Positions 8,074 to 16,589 of a stretch of DNA of 24,000 bases are shown one piece after another. Position 1 is the stretch's first letter. Each line of letters begins with the position of its first letter. A program made the position numbers and the translations under genes. The DNA comes from Labrys sp. La1. Lineage in GTDB: Bacteria > Pseudomonadota > Alphaproteobacteria > Rhizobiales > Labraceae. Under the pieces are notes generated by a model. It was given only the letters and a program-made list of their open reading frames with translations, searched no databases and was not told the origin of the DNA. The stretch covers positions 1,925,777 to 1,949,776 of the forward strand of contig NZ_JBMDIH010000001.1 in assembly GCF_051161885.1 (NCBI RefSeq), given 5' to 3'.

Positions 8074-8727
8074 ACCGATCCAGGAAGCGGAAGGCGGCGA
8101 TGACGGAAAGTCGCCGCTCTTTACCTGCTCGAGCCCGTGGATATGTGACCGCAGCAAGGTCGCCGCGCGGTTGGCATCCCGCTGCCTCAGGGCATCGAGA
8201 ATCTGCCGATGGGCATGGCTCGTACCGGGGCGCCATCCCGCCGTCCGCGTCGCGGCGAAGATGATGCGAGAATTGGCGAGTTGTAACCCATCCAGCATGG
8301 CAAGCAGCCGGGGCATGCGGCAGGGTGCCACGATCTCGCGGTGAAAGGCCCGGTTGGCGAGTTCCCATTCCTCAATGGTCTCAGCCCGGTCGCCGGCCTG
8401 AAGGGCCTGCTCTATCCGTTCGAAACTCGTCGCATTCAGCCAAGGAATGGCATGGCTGAGTGCCAGGACCTCCAGACTCGCCCGAATCTCGACGACTTCC
8501 TGCGCCGCCTTGCGATCGAGCGGCGCCACCCGCATACCGCGCCGCGGCTCGTTGACCGCCAGACCCTGGGCGCGCAGCAGCTGGAAGGCCTCGCGGGCGG
8601 GTACATGGCTCGCTTCGAACTCCGCCGCGATCTTGTCCTGCCTGAGCGGTATGCCCGGCGCCAGTTCCCCGCGCACAATGCGCTCGGCCAGGGTGTGCGC
8701 TATGCGCTCGGCAACGGTTTCGGCCAT
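8062..8727 (-). CDS. bioR: GntR/FadR-family regulator, probable biotin repressor BioR
   Basis: The N-terminal GntR wHTH is AERIAHTLAERIVRGELAPGIPLRQDKIAAEFEASHVPAREAFQLLRAQGL, followed by a FadR-type helical C-domain. It is divergent from bioB, and BioR boxes (TTATMKATAA) lie in the shared intergenic region, one over its own 5' UTR. Confidence 0.75.
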   Translation of the reverse strand: MAETVAERIAHTLAERIVRGELAPGIPLRQDKIAAEFEASHVPAREAFQLLRAQGLAVNEPRRGMRVAPLDRKAAQEVVEIRASLEVLALSHAIPWLNATSFERIEQALQAGDRAETIEEWELANRAFHREIVAPCRMPRLLAMLDGLQLANSRIIFAATRTAGWRPGTSHAHRQILDALRQRDANRAATLLRSHIHGLEQVKSGDFPSSPPSASWIGLGR

Positions 8728-8741
8728 GGCAGCTCCATAGA

Positions 8742-8751
8742 TTATCTATGA
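8742..8751. promoter_or_regulatory. BioR-box-like site TTATCTATGA (9/10 to TTATMKATAA), embedded in the perfect palindrome ATAGAT-T-ATCTAT (8737-8749)
   Basis: I read it directly. It sits 15-24 nt upstream of the bioR ATG (8727) and next to its GGAG Shine-Dalgarno, which suggests autoregulation. Confidence 0.5.
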
Positions 8752-8814
8752 TAAAATCAGATGCATCCTCTCCTCGCAACTTTATGATGATTCCAGATAG
8801 ATAGATTGATAATT

Positions 8815-8824
8815 TTATCTATAA
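8815..8824. promoter_or_regulatory. Perfect BioR box TTATCTATAA upstream of bioB
   Basis: It is an exact match to the published alphaproteobacterial BioR consensus TTATMKATAA. It overlaps a TATAAT hexamer at 8820-8825 and lies 87 nt upstream of the bioB ATG. Confidence 0.7.
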
Positions 8825-8910
8825 TTTTGAGGCGCCGATGTTTGGCTGCCTCTCCTTCCCAAGCTCGTGACTTCCCATGGGATCCGCGAGTGGTCATGCG
8901 AGGAGACGAC

Positions 8911-9948
8911 ATGCACGATCAGGTATCGACAGTTCAGAGCCGTGAAACCACAGCCGGTATCGTTGATTTGGGCGCTGATGGCGCTGACAGTGCTACCCCC
9001 TTGCCCTGGAGCCACGCCGATGCCCGCGCGATCTATGACCTGCCGTTCAACGACCTGCTGTTTCGCGCCCAGACCGTTCATCGCCGGTTTTTCGATCCCA
9101 ATCGCATTCAGCTCAGCAAGCTGCTCAGCATCAAGACGGGGGGCTGCCCTGAAGATTGCGGCTATTGCAGCCAGTCTGCCCATCACGACAGTGGCCTGAG
9201 GGCCTCCAAACTCCTTGAGGTGCAGCGGGTGATCGAGGAGGCGCGCCAGGCCAAGGCGGGCGGCGCCACGCGCTATTGCATGGGCGCGGCCTGGCGCAGT
9301 CCCAAGCAGCGCGACATGGCCATGCTCGTCGCCATGGTCGAAGGCGTGAAGTCGCTCGGCATGGAGACCTGCATGACGCTCGGCATGCTGTCGCCCCAGC
9401 AGGCCGGAACGCTCGCCGAGGCCGGGCTCGATTATTACAACCACAATATCGATACCTCCGAGCGCTTCTACCCCGAGGTGATCACCACCCGCAGCTTTTC
9501 CGAGCGGCTGGATACACTCGCCAATGTGCGCGAGGCCGGCATCAAGGTCTGCTCCGGCGGTATTCTCGGCCTCGGCGAGGCGGTGGATGACCGCATCGAC
9601 ATGCTGGTGACACTCGCCAACCTGCCCGAGGCGCCGGAAAGCGTGCCGATCAACATGCTCATCCCCGTGCCCGGCACCCGGCTGGTGGATACCCCGCCGG
9701 TCGATTCCATCGAGTTCATTCGCATCATCGCGCTCGCCCGCATCCTGATGCCGACCTCTCATGTACGCCTTACCGCGGGCCGCACTGCGATGAGCGACGA
9801 GATGCAGGCGCTGTGTTTTTTCGCAGGCGCCAATTCCATCTTCGTCGGCGACACGCTGCTGACCGCTTCCAATCCGGGCGACGACAAGGACACCAGCCTG
9901 ATGCGCCGCCTTGGCCTCACGGCCGCGCGCATGGAGGACGCCCCGTGA
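8911..9948 (+). CDS. bioB: Biotin synthase (radical SAM)
   Basis: Motifs include the radical-SAM [11 protein letters not shown], then [16 protein letters not shown] and GLGE. The ATG at 8911 is preceded by GAGGAG. The track ORF start at 8806 lies inside the operator region and is unlikely. Confidence 0.95.
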   Translation: MHDQVSTVQSRETTAGIVDLGADGADSATPLPWSHADARAIYDLPFNDLLFRAQTVHRRFFDPNRIQLSKLLSIKTGGCPEDCGYCSQSAHHDSGLRASKLLEVQRVIEEARQAKAGGATRYCMGAAWRSPKQRDMAMLVAMVEGVKSLGMETCMTLGMLSPQQAGTLAEAGLDYYNHNIDTSERFYPEVITTRSFSERLDTLANVREAGIKVCSGGILGLGEAVDDRIDMLVTLANLPEAPESVPINMLIPVPGTRLVDTPPVDSIEFIRIIALARILMPTSHVRLTAGRTAMSDEMQALCFFAGANSIFVGDTLLTASNPGDDKDTSLMRRLGLTAARMEDAP

Positions 9949-11108
9949 GCGTTGCATTGCCGGGCGAACGGCCCCGGCTGGCGCGCTATACGGCGAGGCT
10001 CGGCCAGTTCGAACGCAAGGGGCGCCGCCGGGTCCTGGCGCCCCAGAGCGGCATCGATTTCACCTCCAATGACTATCTGGGGCTGGCGTCGTCATCGCGT
10101 TTGCGCGAGGCGCTCATCTCCGCCGTCGATCGTGGTGTGCCCGCCGGTGCCGGCGGCTCGCGCCTCCTGCGCGGCAATCATCCCGAGCATGAGGCCCTGG
10201 AGATCGAAGCCGCCGATTTTTTCGGCTCTGAGCGCATGCTCTATTTCAATGGCGGCTACATCGCCAATCTCGCGGCGCTCTCCACTTTGCCCCACCGCAA
10301 CGACCTCATCGTCCACGATGCCCTCATTCATGCCAGTGCCCATGCCGGCATCGCGGCCGGCCGCGCATCGGCTGTCGCCGTGCCGCATAACAACGTTGCT
10401 GCCTTCGAGCAGGCCATCCGCGCCTGGCGGGCGGCTGGCGGCAGCGGCCATCCCTGGATCGTAGTCGAGAGCCTCTATTCCATGGATGGCGACGCCGCCC
10501 CTCTGGCGGAACTGATGGCACTGGCCGATACGCATGACGGCTTCCTCTATGTCGACGAGGCCCATGCCACCGGGGTGCATGGGCCAGGCGGGCGCGGTTT
10601 CGCCGCCGCTCTGGAAGGCCGGGACAATGTCGTGGTGCTGCATACCTGCGGCAAGGCGCTCGGCTCCTCGGGTGCGCTCGTCGGTGCCAGTGCCGTGCTC
10701 TGCGACGTCCTGGTCAACCATGCCGCCCCCTTCATCTATGCCACCGCGCCTTCCCCGCTCCAGGCCGCGCTGGTGCGCGAGGCACTCCGCGCGCTGGCCG
10801 ACGAACCGGAGCGGCGCAGCCGGGAATTGTCGCTGATCGATTTCGCCAACAGGCTTGTGGCCGGTCGGCTCGGCATCGAGACCAGTGGATCGCAGATCCT
10901 ACCCGTGGTCATCGGCGACAATGAGCGCTGCCTTGCCATCGCCGAGCGGATGCAGGCGGCTGGCTTCGATGTCCGCGCCATCCGCCCCCCGACAGTTCCG
11001 GCCGGCACAGCGCGCCTACGCATTTCCATCACGCCCAATGTCGACGAGGAGGCCATCATGCAAATGTCCGAACGGCTCGCCGTGGTGATGGCGGAGGACG
11101 ATCGATGA
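9945..11108 (+). CDS. bioF: 8-amino-7-oxononanoate synthase
   Basis: Motifs include [16 protein letters not shown], the PLP-region blocks ESLYSMDGD and YVDEAHATG, and the lysine in [12 protein letters not shown]. The GTG start at 9945 overlaps the bioB stop (GTGA). Confidence 0.9.
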   Translation: MSVALPGERPRLARYTARLGQFERKGRRRVLAPQSGIDFTSNDYLGLASSSRLREALISAVDRGVPAGAGGSRLLRGNHPEHEALEIEAADFFGSERMLYFNGGYIANLAALSTLPHRNDLIVHDALIHASAHAGIAAGRASAVAVPHNNVAAFEQAIRAWRAAGGSGHPWIVVESLYSMDGDAAPLAELMALADTHDGFLYVDEAHATGVHGPGGRGFAAALEGRDNVVVLHTCGKALGSSGALVGASAVLCDVLVNHAAPFIYATAPSPLQAALVREALRALADEPERRSRELSLIDFANRLVAGRLGIETSGSQILPVVIGDNERCLAIAERMQAAGFDVRAIRPPTVPAGTARLRISITPNVDEEAIMQMSERLAVVMAEDDR

Positions 11109-11132
11109 AACGAAGGTCCCAAGGGCCGTGCC

Positions 11133-11789
11133 ATGATCGGTGAAGCTCATCCACGCGTCGTCGTCACCGGCACGGATACCGGCATCGGCAAAACGGTGTT
11201 CTCGGCCGCCCTCGCATATGCCCTCGAGGCCAGCTATTGGAAGCCGGTGCAATCGGGCCTGGACGAAGAGACCGACAGCCAGACTGTGGAGCGGCTGGGC
11301 GGCCTTCCCTCGGACCGCATCCTGCCCGAGGCCTACCGCCTCACCACGCCGGCCTCGCCGCATCTTTCTGCAGCCATCGACGGGGCGGAACTCGATCCTG
11401 ATACACTCGATCCCCCACCGTTCTCCGGGCCTCTCGTCATCGAGGGTGCCGGCGGACTCCTGGTCCCGCTGACACGCCGGACCCTGTTCGCCGATGTGTT
11501 TGCCCGCTGGCGCTATCCGACCATCCTCTGTGCGCGTACCGGATTGGGCACCGTCAATCACACGCTGCTGTCGCTCGAAGCCATGCGCCGGCGGGCCATT
11601 CCCATCCTCGGCGTCGTCTTCATCGGCGACGAGCAGGCGGACACCCGATCCATCATTACCGAAATCGGCGATATCAACGACCTCGGCCGGCTGCCGAAAT
11701 TCGATCCGCTGACCGCCGATAACTTACACACTGGCTTCCGAAACTGGATCGACTTGTCCATTATCAAGAAGAGGCTTGCCTCATGCTGA
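11133..11789 (+). CDS. bioD: Dethiobiotin synthetase
   Basis: It has the P-loop [12 protein letters not shown] and EGAGGLLVP, and sits in the expected position in the bio operon. Confidence 0.9.
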   Translation: MIGEAHPRVVVTGTDTGIGKTVFSAALAYALEASYWKPVQSGLDEETDSQTVERLGGLPSDRILPEAYRLTTPASPHLSAAIDGAELDPDTLDPPPFSGPLVIEGAGGLLVPLTRRTLFADVFARWRYPTILCARTGLGTVNHTLLSLEAMRRRAIPILGVVFIGDEQADTRSIITEIGDINDLGRLPKFDPLTADNLHTGFRNWIDLSIIKKRLASC

Positions 11790-13060
11790 AATCCCTGCCC
11801 TCGCCGGTCTGGCATCCCTTCACACAACATCAGTTGGACCCGGTGACCCGCCGGATCGCCCGCACCGAAGGCGCCTTCCTCTATGAGGAGGACGGACAGG
11901 CCGTGCTCGATGCGATCTCCTCCTGGTGGGTGATCACCCACGGCCACCGGCATCCTGCCATCATGCAGGCAATCCGGGACGCCAGCGAACGCTTCGACCA
12001 GATCATCTTCGCCGACTACACGCATGAACCAGCCGAGACGCTCGCCAGGGGACTTATCGAGCTCGCGCCATCAGGTCTCGCCCATGTCTTCTACTCCGAC
12101 AGCGGCTCGACCGCGGTCGAAATCGCCCTGAAGATGGCGCTCGGCTTCTTCCACAATCGCGGCACGCCGCGCTCGCGCATCGTGGTGATGGAGCACAGCT
12201 ATCATGGCGACACCATCGGCACGATGTCGGCCGGGGAACGCGGCGTCTTCAACGCGGCCTATGGCCCCCTGCTGTTCTCGGTCGACAGCCTGCCCTTTCC
12301 CGCCGCCGGGCAGGAACAGCACACGCTCGATGCGTTCGAACGTCTCTGTCGGCACGGCGATATTGCCGCCTTGCTGATCGAGCCCCTGGTGCTGGGTGCC
12401 GGCGGCATGCGCATCTATGCCCCCTGGGTTCTCAGCGAACTGAAGCGGATCGCCGAAACCCATGGCGTCCTCTTGATCGCCGACGAGGTAATGACCGGCT
12501 GGGGGCGCACCGGCTCCCTCTTCGCCTGCCAGCAAGCCGACATCACGCCCGACATAATGTGCCTGTCCAAGGGGCTCACCGGCGGTGCCGTGCCGCTCGC
12601 AGCAACCTTGTGCACGGCGGAGATCTTCGAGGCGCATCTGTCTGATGACCGCAGCCGCACCTTCTTTCATTCCAGTTCCTATACCGCCAATCCCATCGCC
12701 TGCGCGGCGGCCTGCGCCAATCTCGACATCTGGCGCGCCGAACCGGTCACGGAGCGCATCGCAAGCCTGGCCGCCGAACACAGCCGTCGCCTCGACCATT
12801 TCCGACGCGATCCGCGTTTCTCCGATATCCGGCAATGCGGTACCATCGCGGTCATGGAGATCGCCGTGCCTTCGGGCGGCTATCTTTCCGATGCGGGGCC
12901 ACGGCTGCGCGCCTTCTTCAAGGCCCGCGGCCTGCTCATCCGTCCACTCGGCAATGTGATCTATCTGATGACGCCCTATTGCGTCACGCCGGATGATCTC
13001 GACCGTGCCTATGCAGCCATAGACGAGGCGGTGGACCTGGTCGCCGGCATCAGTTCGTGA
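11783..13060 (+). CDS. bioA: Adenosylmethionine-8-amino-7-oxononanoate aminotransferase
   Basis: Motifs include [31 protein letters not shown] and the PLP lysine in CLSKGLTGG. Its start overlaps the bioD stop (ATGCTGA). Confidence 0.95.
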   Translation: MLKSLPSPVWHPFTQHQLDPVTRRIARTEGAFLYEEDGQAVLDAISSWWVITHGHRHPAIMQAIRDASERFDQIIFADYTHEPAETLARGLIELAPSGLAHVFYSDSGSTAVEIALKMALGFFHNRGTPRSRIVVMEHSYHGDTIGTMSAGERGVFNAAYGPLLFSVDSLPFPAAGQEQHTLDAFERLCRHGDIAALLIEPLVLGAGGMRIYAPWVLSELKRIAETHGVLLIADEVMTGWGRTGSLFACQQADITPDIMCLSKGLTGGAVPLAATLCTAEIFEAHLSDDRSRTFFHSSSYTANPIACAAACANLDIWRAEPVTERIASLAAEHSRRLDHFRRDPRFSDIRQCGTIAVMEIAVPSGGYLSDAGPRLRAFFKARGLLIRPLGNVIYLMTPYCVTPDDLDRAYAAIDEAVDLVAGISS

Positions 13061-14049
13061 CCCGTTGCCGTTCGAGCCGCGTACTCGGCTTCGGCCACAG
13101 CGTGCCGGAACGCCGGGTCGGCAATGCCGAGATTGAGGCAAGACTCGGGCTCGAGGCGGGCTGGATCGAGCGGCGGACCGGCATCCACCATCGCCATTGG
13201 GCGGGCCCCGCGGACACGCTGAGCGGACTTGCTGCCGAGGCCGCCGCCGCAGCCCTGGCCGATGCCTGTATTACGGCCAACGAAGTGGGGTTGGTCCTGC
13301 TGGCGACCTCGACCCCCGACCATTTGCTGCCGCCCTCGGCACCTTTGCTGGCACATCGCCTCGGACTGGCCAAAGCCGGGGCCGTCGATCTTGCCGGCGC
13401 CTGTTCGGGCTTCCTCTATGCCCTCACGCTTGCCGATGGCTTCGTACGCACCCAGGAGAAGGCCGTGCTGGTGGTTGCTGCCAATATCCTGAGCCGCCGC
13501 ATCAACCCTCAGGAGCGTGCCAGTGCCGTGGTGTTCGCAGACGCCGCCGGCGCCCTCCTGCTCGGCCCCTCGCCCGACGAGGAGACCGGCCTCATCGGCG
13601 TCGACCTTGCCTCGGACGGTAGCCAATACGACCTGATTTCCATTCCGGCCGGCGGCAGCAATCGCCCCTTCGCCCCCGAGATCGCCGCCCAGGACTTCCT
13701 GATGACCATGCGCGACGGCAAGGCGGTGTTCTCGCAGGCCGTGCGCATGATGAGCCATTGCGCCGAAAAGGCCATGGCTCGGGCAGAGATGACGGCGGTG
13801 GACATCGATCGCTTTGTGCCCCATCAGGCCAATGCGCGGATCTTCGATGCGGTCTCGGCCGAACTCGGGCTGGACACAGCCAAGACCGTACGCAGCATCG
13901 AGGACTACGGCAATTCCTCGGCGGCCACGATTGCGCTGTCGCTGTCGCTCGCCAACCAGGTCCAACCGTTCAGGTCGGGTGAGAAACTGCTGCTTGCCGC
14001 GGCCGGTGCCGGCATGACCGGGGGCGCCGTGGTGCTTGGGATTGGGTGA
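13057..14049 (+). CDS. bioZ: FabH-like 3-ketoacyl-ACP synthase III at the end of the bio operon, probable BioZ
   Basis: A KAS III Cys-His-Asn triad context is present: [22 protein letters not shown] and YGNSSAATI. The GTG start overlaps the bioA stop (GTGA). The gene order bioBFDA plus a fabH-like gene is the alphaproteobacterial bioBFDAZ arrangement. Confidence 0.8.
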   Translation: MTRCRSSRVLGFGHSVPERRVGNAEIEARLGLEAGWIERRTGIHHRHWAGPADTLSGLAAEAAAAALADACITANEVGLVLLATSTPDHLLPPSAPLLAHRLGLAKAGAVDLAGACSGFLYALTLADGFVRTQEKAVLVVAANILSRRINPQERASAVVFADAAGALLLGPSPDEETGLIGVDLASDGSQYDLISIPAGGSNRPFAPEIAAQDFLMTMRDGKAVFSQAVRMMSHCAEKAMARAEMTAVDIDRFVPHQANARIFDAVSAELGLDTAKTVRSIEDYGNSSAATIALSLSLANQVQPFRSGEKLLLAAAGAGMTGGAVVLGIG

Positions 14050-14066
14050 TAGCGCTTCCGAGAACT

Positions 14067-14543
14067 TCAGTTTTGCGGAACATCAAAGACTTCGATTCCA
14101 AAATCCAACCCAAGCTCGACCAATTTCGCCAATGTCCGAAGCGGAATTTCGTCACCGAAGTAGCCATCGCCAAGAAATTCAACGATGATCCAAGTCTTGC
14201 CGCCACTTTTCCTGAGGCCAAGCAGAAAATCTTTGTGTGGCAGGAGGCGATCCACAAGTTTATCGATACAACTGGCGAACCATTGCTTTTCGACATGATG
14301 TCGCTCGCAATAGCGCCAGCTCGTATCCGGGTAGACGCCCGGCAGAGGCGTACCTTTCGAAGTCCTGCGAGCATCTCCGCCCCGATGCTGATTTTTTGGC
14401 TCAAGTCCGACCGCAGTCGTGATTTCAGCTGGATCGATGCTTGGATGTTTGATGAACAGTTGGACCTCGAACCGCCTATATGAGCTTGCCTCGGAATCCC
14501 CGCCGTCCTGTTCTTTCCGACCGAACGGAACAACGTTCGACAT
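14067..14543 (-). CDS. Hypothetical protein, DUF4279-like (assignment from memory of the family pattern)
   Basis: It is a 158-aa ORF with a strong GAGGGGA SD 7 nt upstream of its ATG, which lies 17 nt after the ribE stop. The layout RFEVQLFIKHPSIDPAEITTAVGLEPKNQHRGGD...W...LLPHKDFLLGLRKSGGKTWIIVEF...LGLDFGIEVFD resembles DUF4279 proteins. G+C is about 47-50% in three 60-nt samples, against 58-73% in the neighbouring genes. Confidence 0.6.
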   Translation of the reverse strand: MSNVVPFGRKEQDGGDSEASSYRRFEVQLFIKHPSIDPAEITTAVGLEPKNQHRGGDARRTSKGTPLPGVYPDTSWRYCERHHVEKQWFASCIDKLVDRLLPHKDFLLGLRKSGGKTWIIVEFLGDGYFGDEIPLRTLAKLVELGLDFGIEVFDVPQN

Positions 14544-14560
14544 CGCACATCCCCTCAGCG

Positions 14561-15271
14561 TCAGTTCTTGCCGATCCGGCGCGGAACCTGCACGAAATCC
14601 TCGAGATTGAGTCCCTTTTCCGCCAGCAGGGCTTCCAGCACGGGCTGCAGCCGCCCAAGGCTTTCCCGGACCGCATCGCGCACGGTATCGACAACCACCT
14701 GGGTATCGCGCTCGATCTCGATATTGAGCCGATCGCCGGCGCGCTTATCCTCGAACACAGTCATGCGGCGGGTTTCGGGGATGAGCCAGACCTCGAACCA
14801 GCCCTCCTTCTTGTCGACCTCCGACACCGTCAGGCTGGCGCCGTTGATGGCGATATAGCCCTTGGCGAAGACGTAGCGCGCGAAATCCGGCGGGATGGCA
14901 ATGCGGATGACCTTGTTGCCTTCCGAGGTCCCGACGGAATCGATCGCGGTGGAGAAATCGACATGGCCCGAAATCGGATGGCCGCCGATTTCGGCGCCAT
15001 CCTTGGCGGCCCGCTCGACATTCACGCGATCGCCGGCGACATAGTCGGCCAAAGTGGTGATCTTCAGGCTCTGCAGCATGACGTCGAAGGTCGCCGTCCG
15101 CGCTGAGACGAGTTCGGTCACCGTCAGGCAGACGCCGTCCACCGAGACGCTGGCGCCGATGGCGAGATCTTCGCTGAATCCTTCGGGAAAGCGCAGCGTG
15201 AAGGTGCGCAAGCCGTCATGGTCCTTGACGGCGTCGATATCGGCGACGCCCTGAATGATGCCTGTGAACAA
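14561..15271 (-). CDS. ribE: Riboflavin synthase (alpha chain)
   Basis: The canonical N-terminus (M)FTGIIQGVA is present, with GASVSVDGVCLTV, NVERAAKDGAEIGGHPISGHVD and the second repeat GYIAINGASLTV. The start codon is TTG at 15271. Confidence 0.9.
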   Translation of the reverse strand: MFTGIIQGVADIDAVKDHDGLRTFTLRFPEGFSEDLAIGASVSVDGVCLTVTELVSARTATFDVMLQSLKITTLADYVAGDRVNVERAAKDGAEIGGHPISGHVDFSTAIDSVGTSEGNKVIRIAIPPDFARYVFAKGYIAINGASLTVSEVDKKEGWFEVWLIPETRRMTVFEDKRAGDRLNIEIERDTQVVVDTVRDAVRESLGRLQPVLEALLAEKGLNLEDFVQVPRRIGKN

Positions 15272-15405
15272 AGGAGAAGTCCTGTCAATGAAGCCAAAGG
15301 CCTAGTAATGCACCGGCGCCTCGCGATGGTGCCTTTAATCATAAATAGGCATGGTTGGGAAAGCCGCCAAGCGCGAGCACCTTGCGAAGATGGCTTCAGA
15401 TGCCT

Positions 15406-16575
15406 TCAGCGTATCGCCAGTTGGCTTGCCGGATCGAAGAAATGCAGGCTGTCGGCCTGCAGCCCCACCTTGACAGTGTCGCCGGCCTTCCGCCTCGCAC
15501 TGACAGGGGCGCTGATGCGCATGCGGGTGGAGACTGCAGCCGGCGCGCTTTCGTCCAATTCGTCCAGCCCAGCCCGTTTCTGTTCGGCCTTCGTCGCGGG
15601 GTCGACAAGGTCGACATGGAGAAGCAGGCTCGCGCCCAGATCCTCCTGAAAGGCGATACGGGCGGGAAGTGCCTCGGCATCGCCATCGGCCAGGAACAGG
15701 TTCTCGGGCCGGATGCCGACCACCACCTCGTGATCGCCTGCAGCGGCAAGCCCGGGCCTTTCCTGCACGAAAGCGGCCGGCAAGGGCAGGACGAGGCCCG
15801 GCAAGACGACTTCCAGCCCCTGCCCGCTCCGGCGCAGGCGGCCGGGCAGCAGATTGATCGGCGGCGCCCCGATGAAGGTGGCGACGAAAAGATTGACCGG
15901 CCGGTCGTAGAGCTCGCGGGGCGGCGCCAATTGTTGCAGCACGCCGCCATTCATCACGGCTACCCGGTCACCCATGGTCATCGCCTCGACCTGGTCATGC
16001 GTCACATAGACCGTGGTCACCCCGCTCGCCCGCTGCAGGCGGGCGATCTCGGCGCGCATCTGACCGCGCAGGCGGGCATCGAGATTGGACAGCGGTTCGT
16101 CCATCAGGAAGGCGGCCGGCTCGCGCACGATCGCCCGCCCCATGGCAACGCGCTGGCGCTGGCCGCCCGACAACTGCCCGGGACGACGGGTAAGCAGCTT
16201 GTCCAACTCCAGCATCGCGGCGGCGGCCTTCACCTTCGCCTCGATCGCCTCGCGTTTTTCGCCGCGCACCTTGAGGGCGAAGCCGACATTGTCGGCGACG
16301 GAAAGATGCGGGTAAAGCGCATAGCTCTGGAAGATCATCGCCACATTGCGCTCGCGCGGTGACAGGTCGTTGGCCACCTCCGCGCCGATCGAGAGCGTGC
16401 CGCCGGTGATGGTCTCCAACCCCGCGATCATGCGCAGGGCCGTGGACTTGCCGCAGCCCGACGGGCCGACCAGCACCAGGAACTCGCCATCGGCGATGTC
16501 GAGATCCAGTTTGTTCACAGCCAGTTGCCCATCGGCATAGGCCTTGCTGACCTGGGAAAAGCTGATTGCGGCCAT
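15406..16575 (-). CDS. ABC transporter ATP-binding protein, MalK/UgpC-like (CUT1 family)
   Basis: It has Walker A GPSGCGKST, the signature LSGGQRQR, Walker B FLMDEPLSNLD, the H-loop YVTHDQ, and a C-terminal regulatory/TOBE-like extension. Confidence 0.9.
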   Translation of the reverse strand: MAAISFSQVSKAYADGQLAVNKLDLDIADGEFLVLVGPSGCGKSTALRMIAGLETITGGTLSIGAEVANDLSPRERNVAMIFQSYALYPHLSVADNVGFALKVRGEKREAIEAKVKAAAAMLELDKLLTRRPGQLSGGQRQRVAMGRAIVREPAAFLMDEPLSNLDARLRGQMRAEIARLQRASGVTTVYVTHDQVEAMTMGDRVAVMNGGVLQQLAPPRELYDRPVNLFVATFIGAPPINLLPGRLRRSGQGLEVVLPGLVLPLPAAFVQERPGLAAAGDHEVVVGIRPENLFLADGDAEALPARIAFQEDLGASLLLHVDLVDPATKAEQKRAGLDELDESAPAAVSTRMRISAPVSARRKAGDTVKVGLQADSLHFFDPASQLAIR

Positions 16576-16589
16576 AGCGGAACCTTCGA

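Noticed and set aside
7861-8264. The frame-0 C-terminal tail of the 388-aa MerR ORF, considered as genuine coding sequence.
   Set aside because: The tail is Arg/Ser/Gly-rich nonsense-like sequence that overlaps bioR antisense by about 200 nt. An alternative frame gives a protein-like tail ending at 8073.
8815-9957. Very long antisense or same-strand 'shadow' ORFs opposite or alongside real genes. Examples are 8815-9957(-) opposite bioB, 12071-13141(-) opposite bioA, 13009-13965(-) opposite bioZ, 15355-16362(+) opposite the ABC ATPase, 18415-19683(+) opposite the binding protein, 19883-20962(-) opposite DUF4243, and 1560-3062(-), out of frame with the MFS gene.
   Set aside because: Their translations are Arg/Gly/Ala/His-rich low-complexity text with no motifs, whereas the partner frame carries unmistakable family signatures. 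Stop-poor alternative frames are expected in GC-rich DNA.
14040-14570. Direct repeats or att-like sites flanking the low-GC DUF4279-like gene, which would mark a mobile insertion.
   Set aside because: The two junctions share only trivial matches such as TCAGTT. There is no integrase, tRNA or IS sequence nearby.
15271-15305. A plus-strand AAGGAG followed by a 5-codon mini-ORF (ATG AAG CCA AAG GCC TAG, 15288-15305).
   Set aside because: It is too short to evaluate. It lies antisense to the ribE start region and is most likely coincidental.
15272-15405. An FMN (RFN) riboswitch upstream of ribE.
   Set aside because: The coding-strand sequence lacks the conserved RFN core blocks as I remember them, and the spacer is shorter than a full element plus expression platform. 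An Infernal scan is still needed for certainty.
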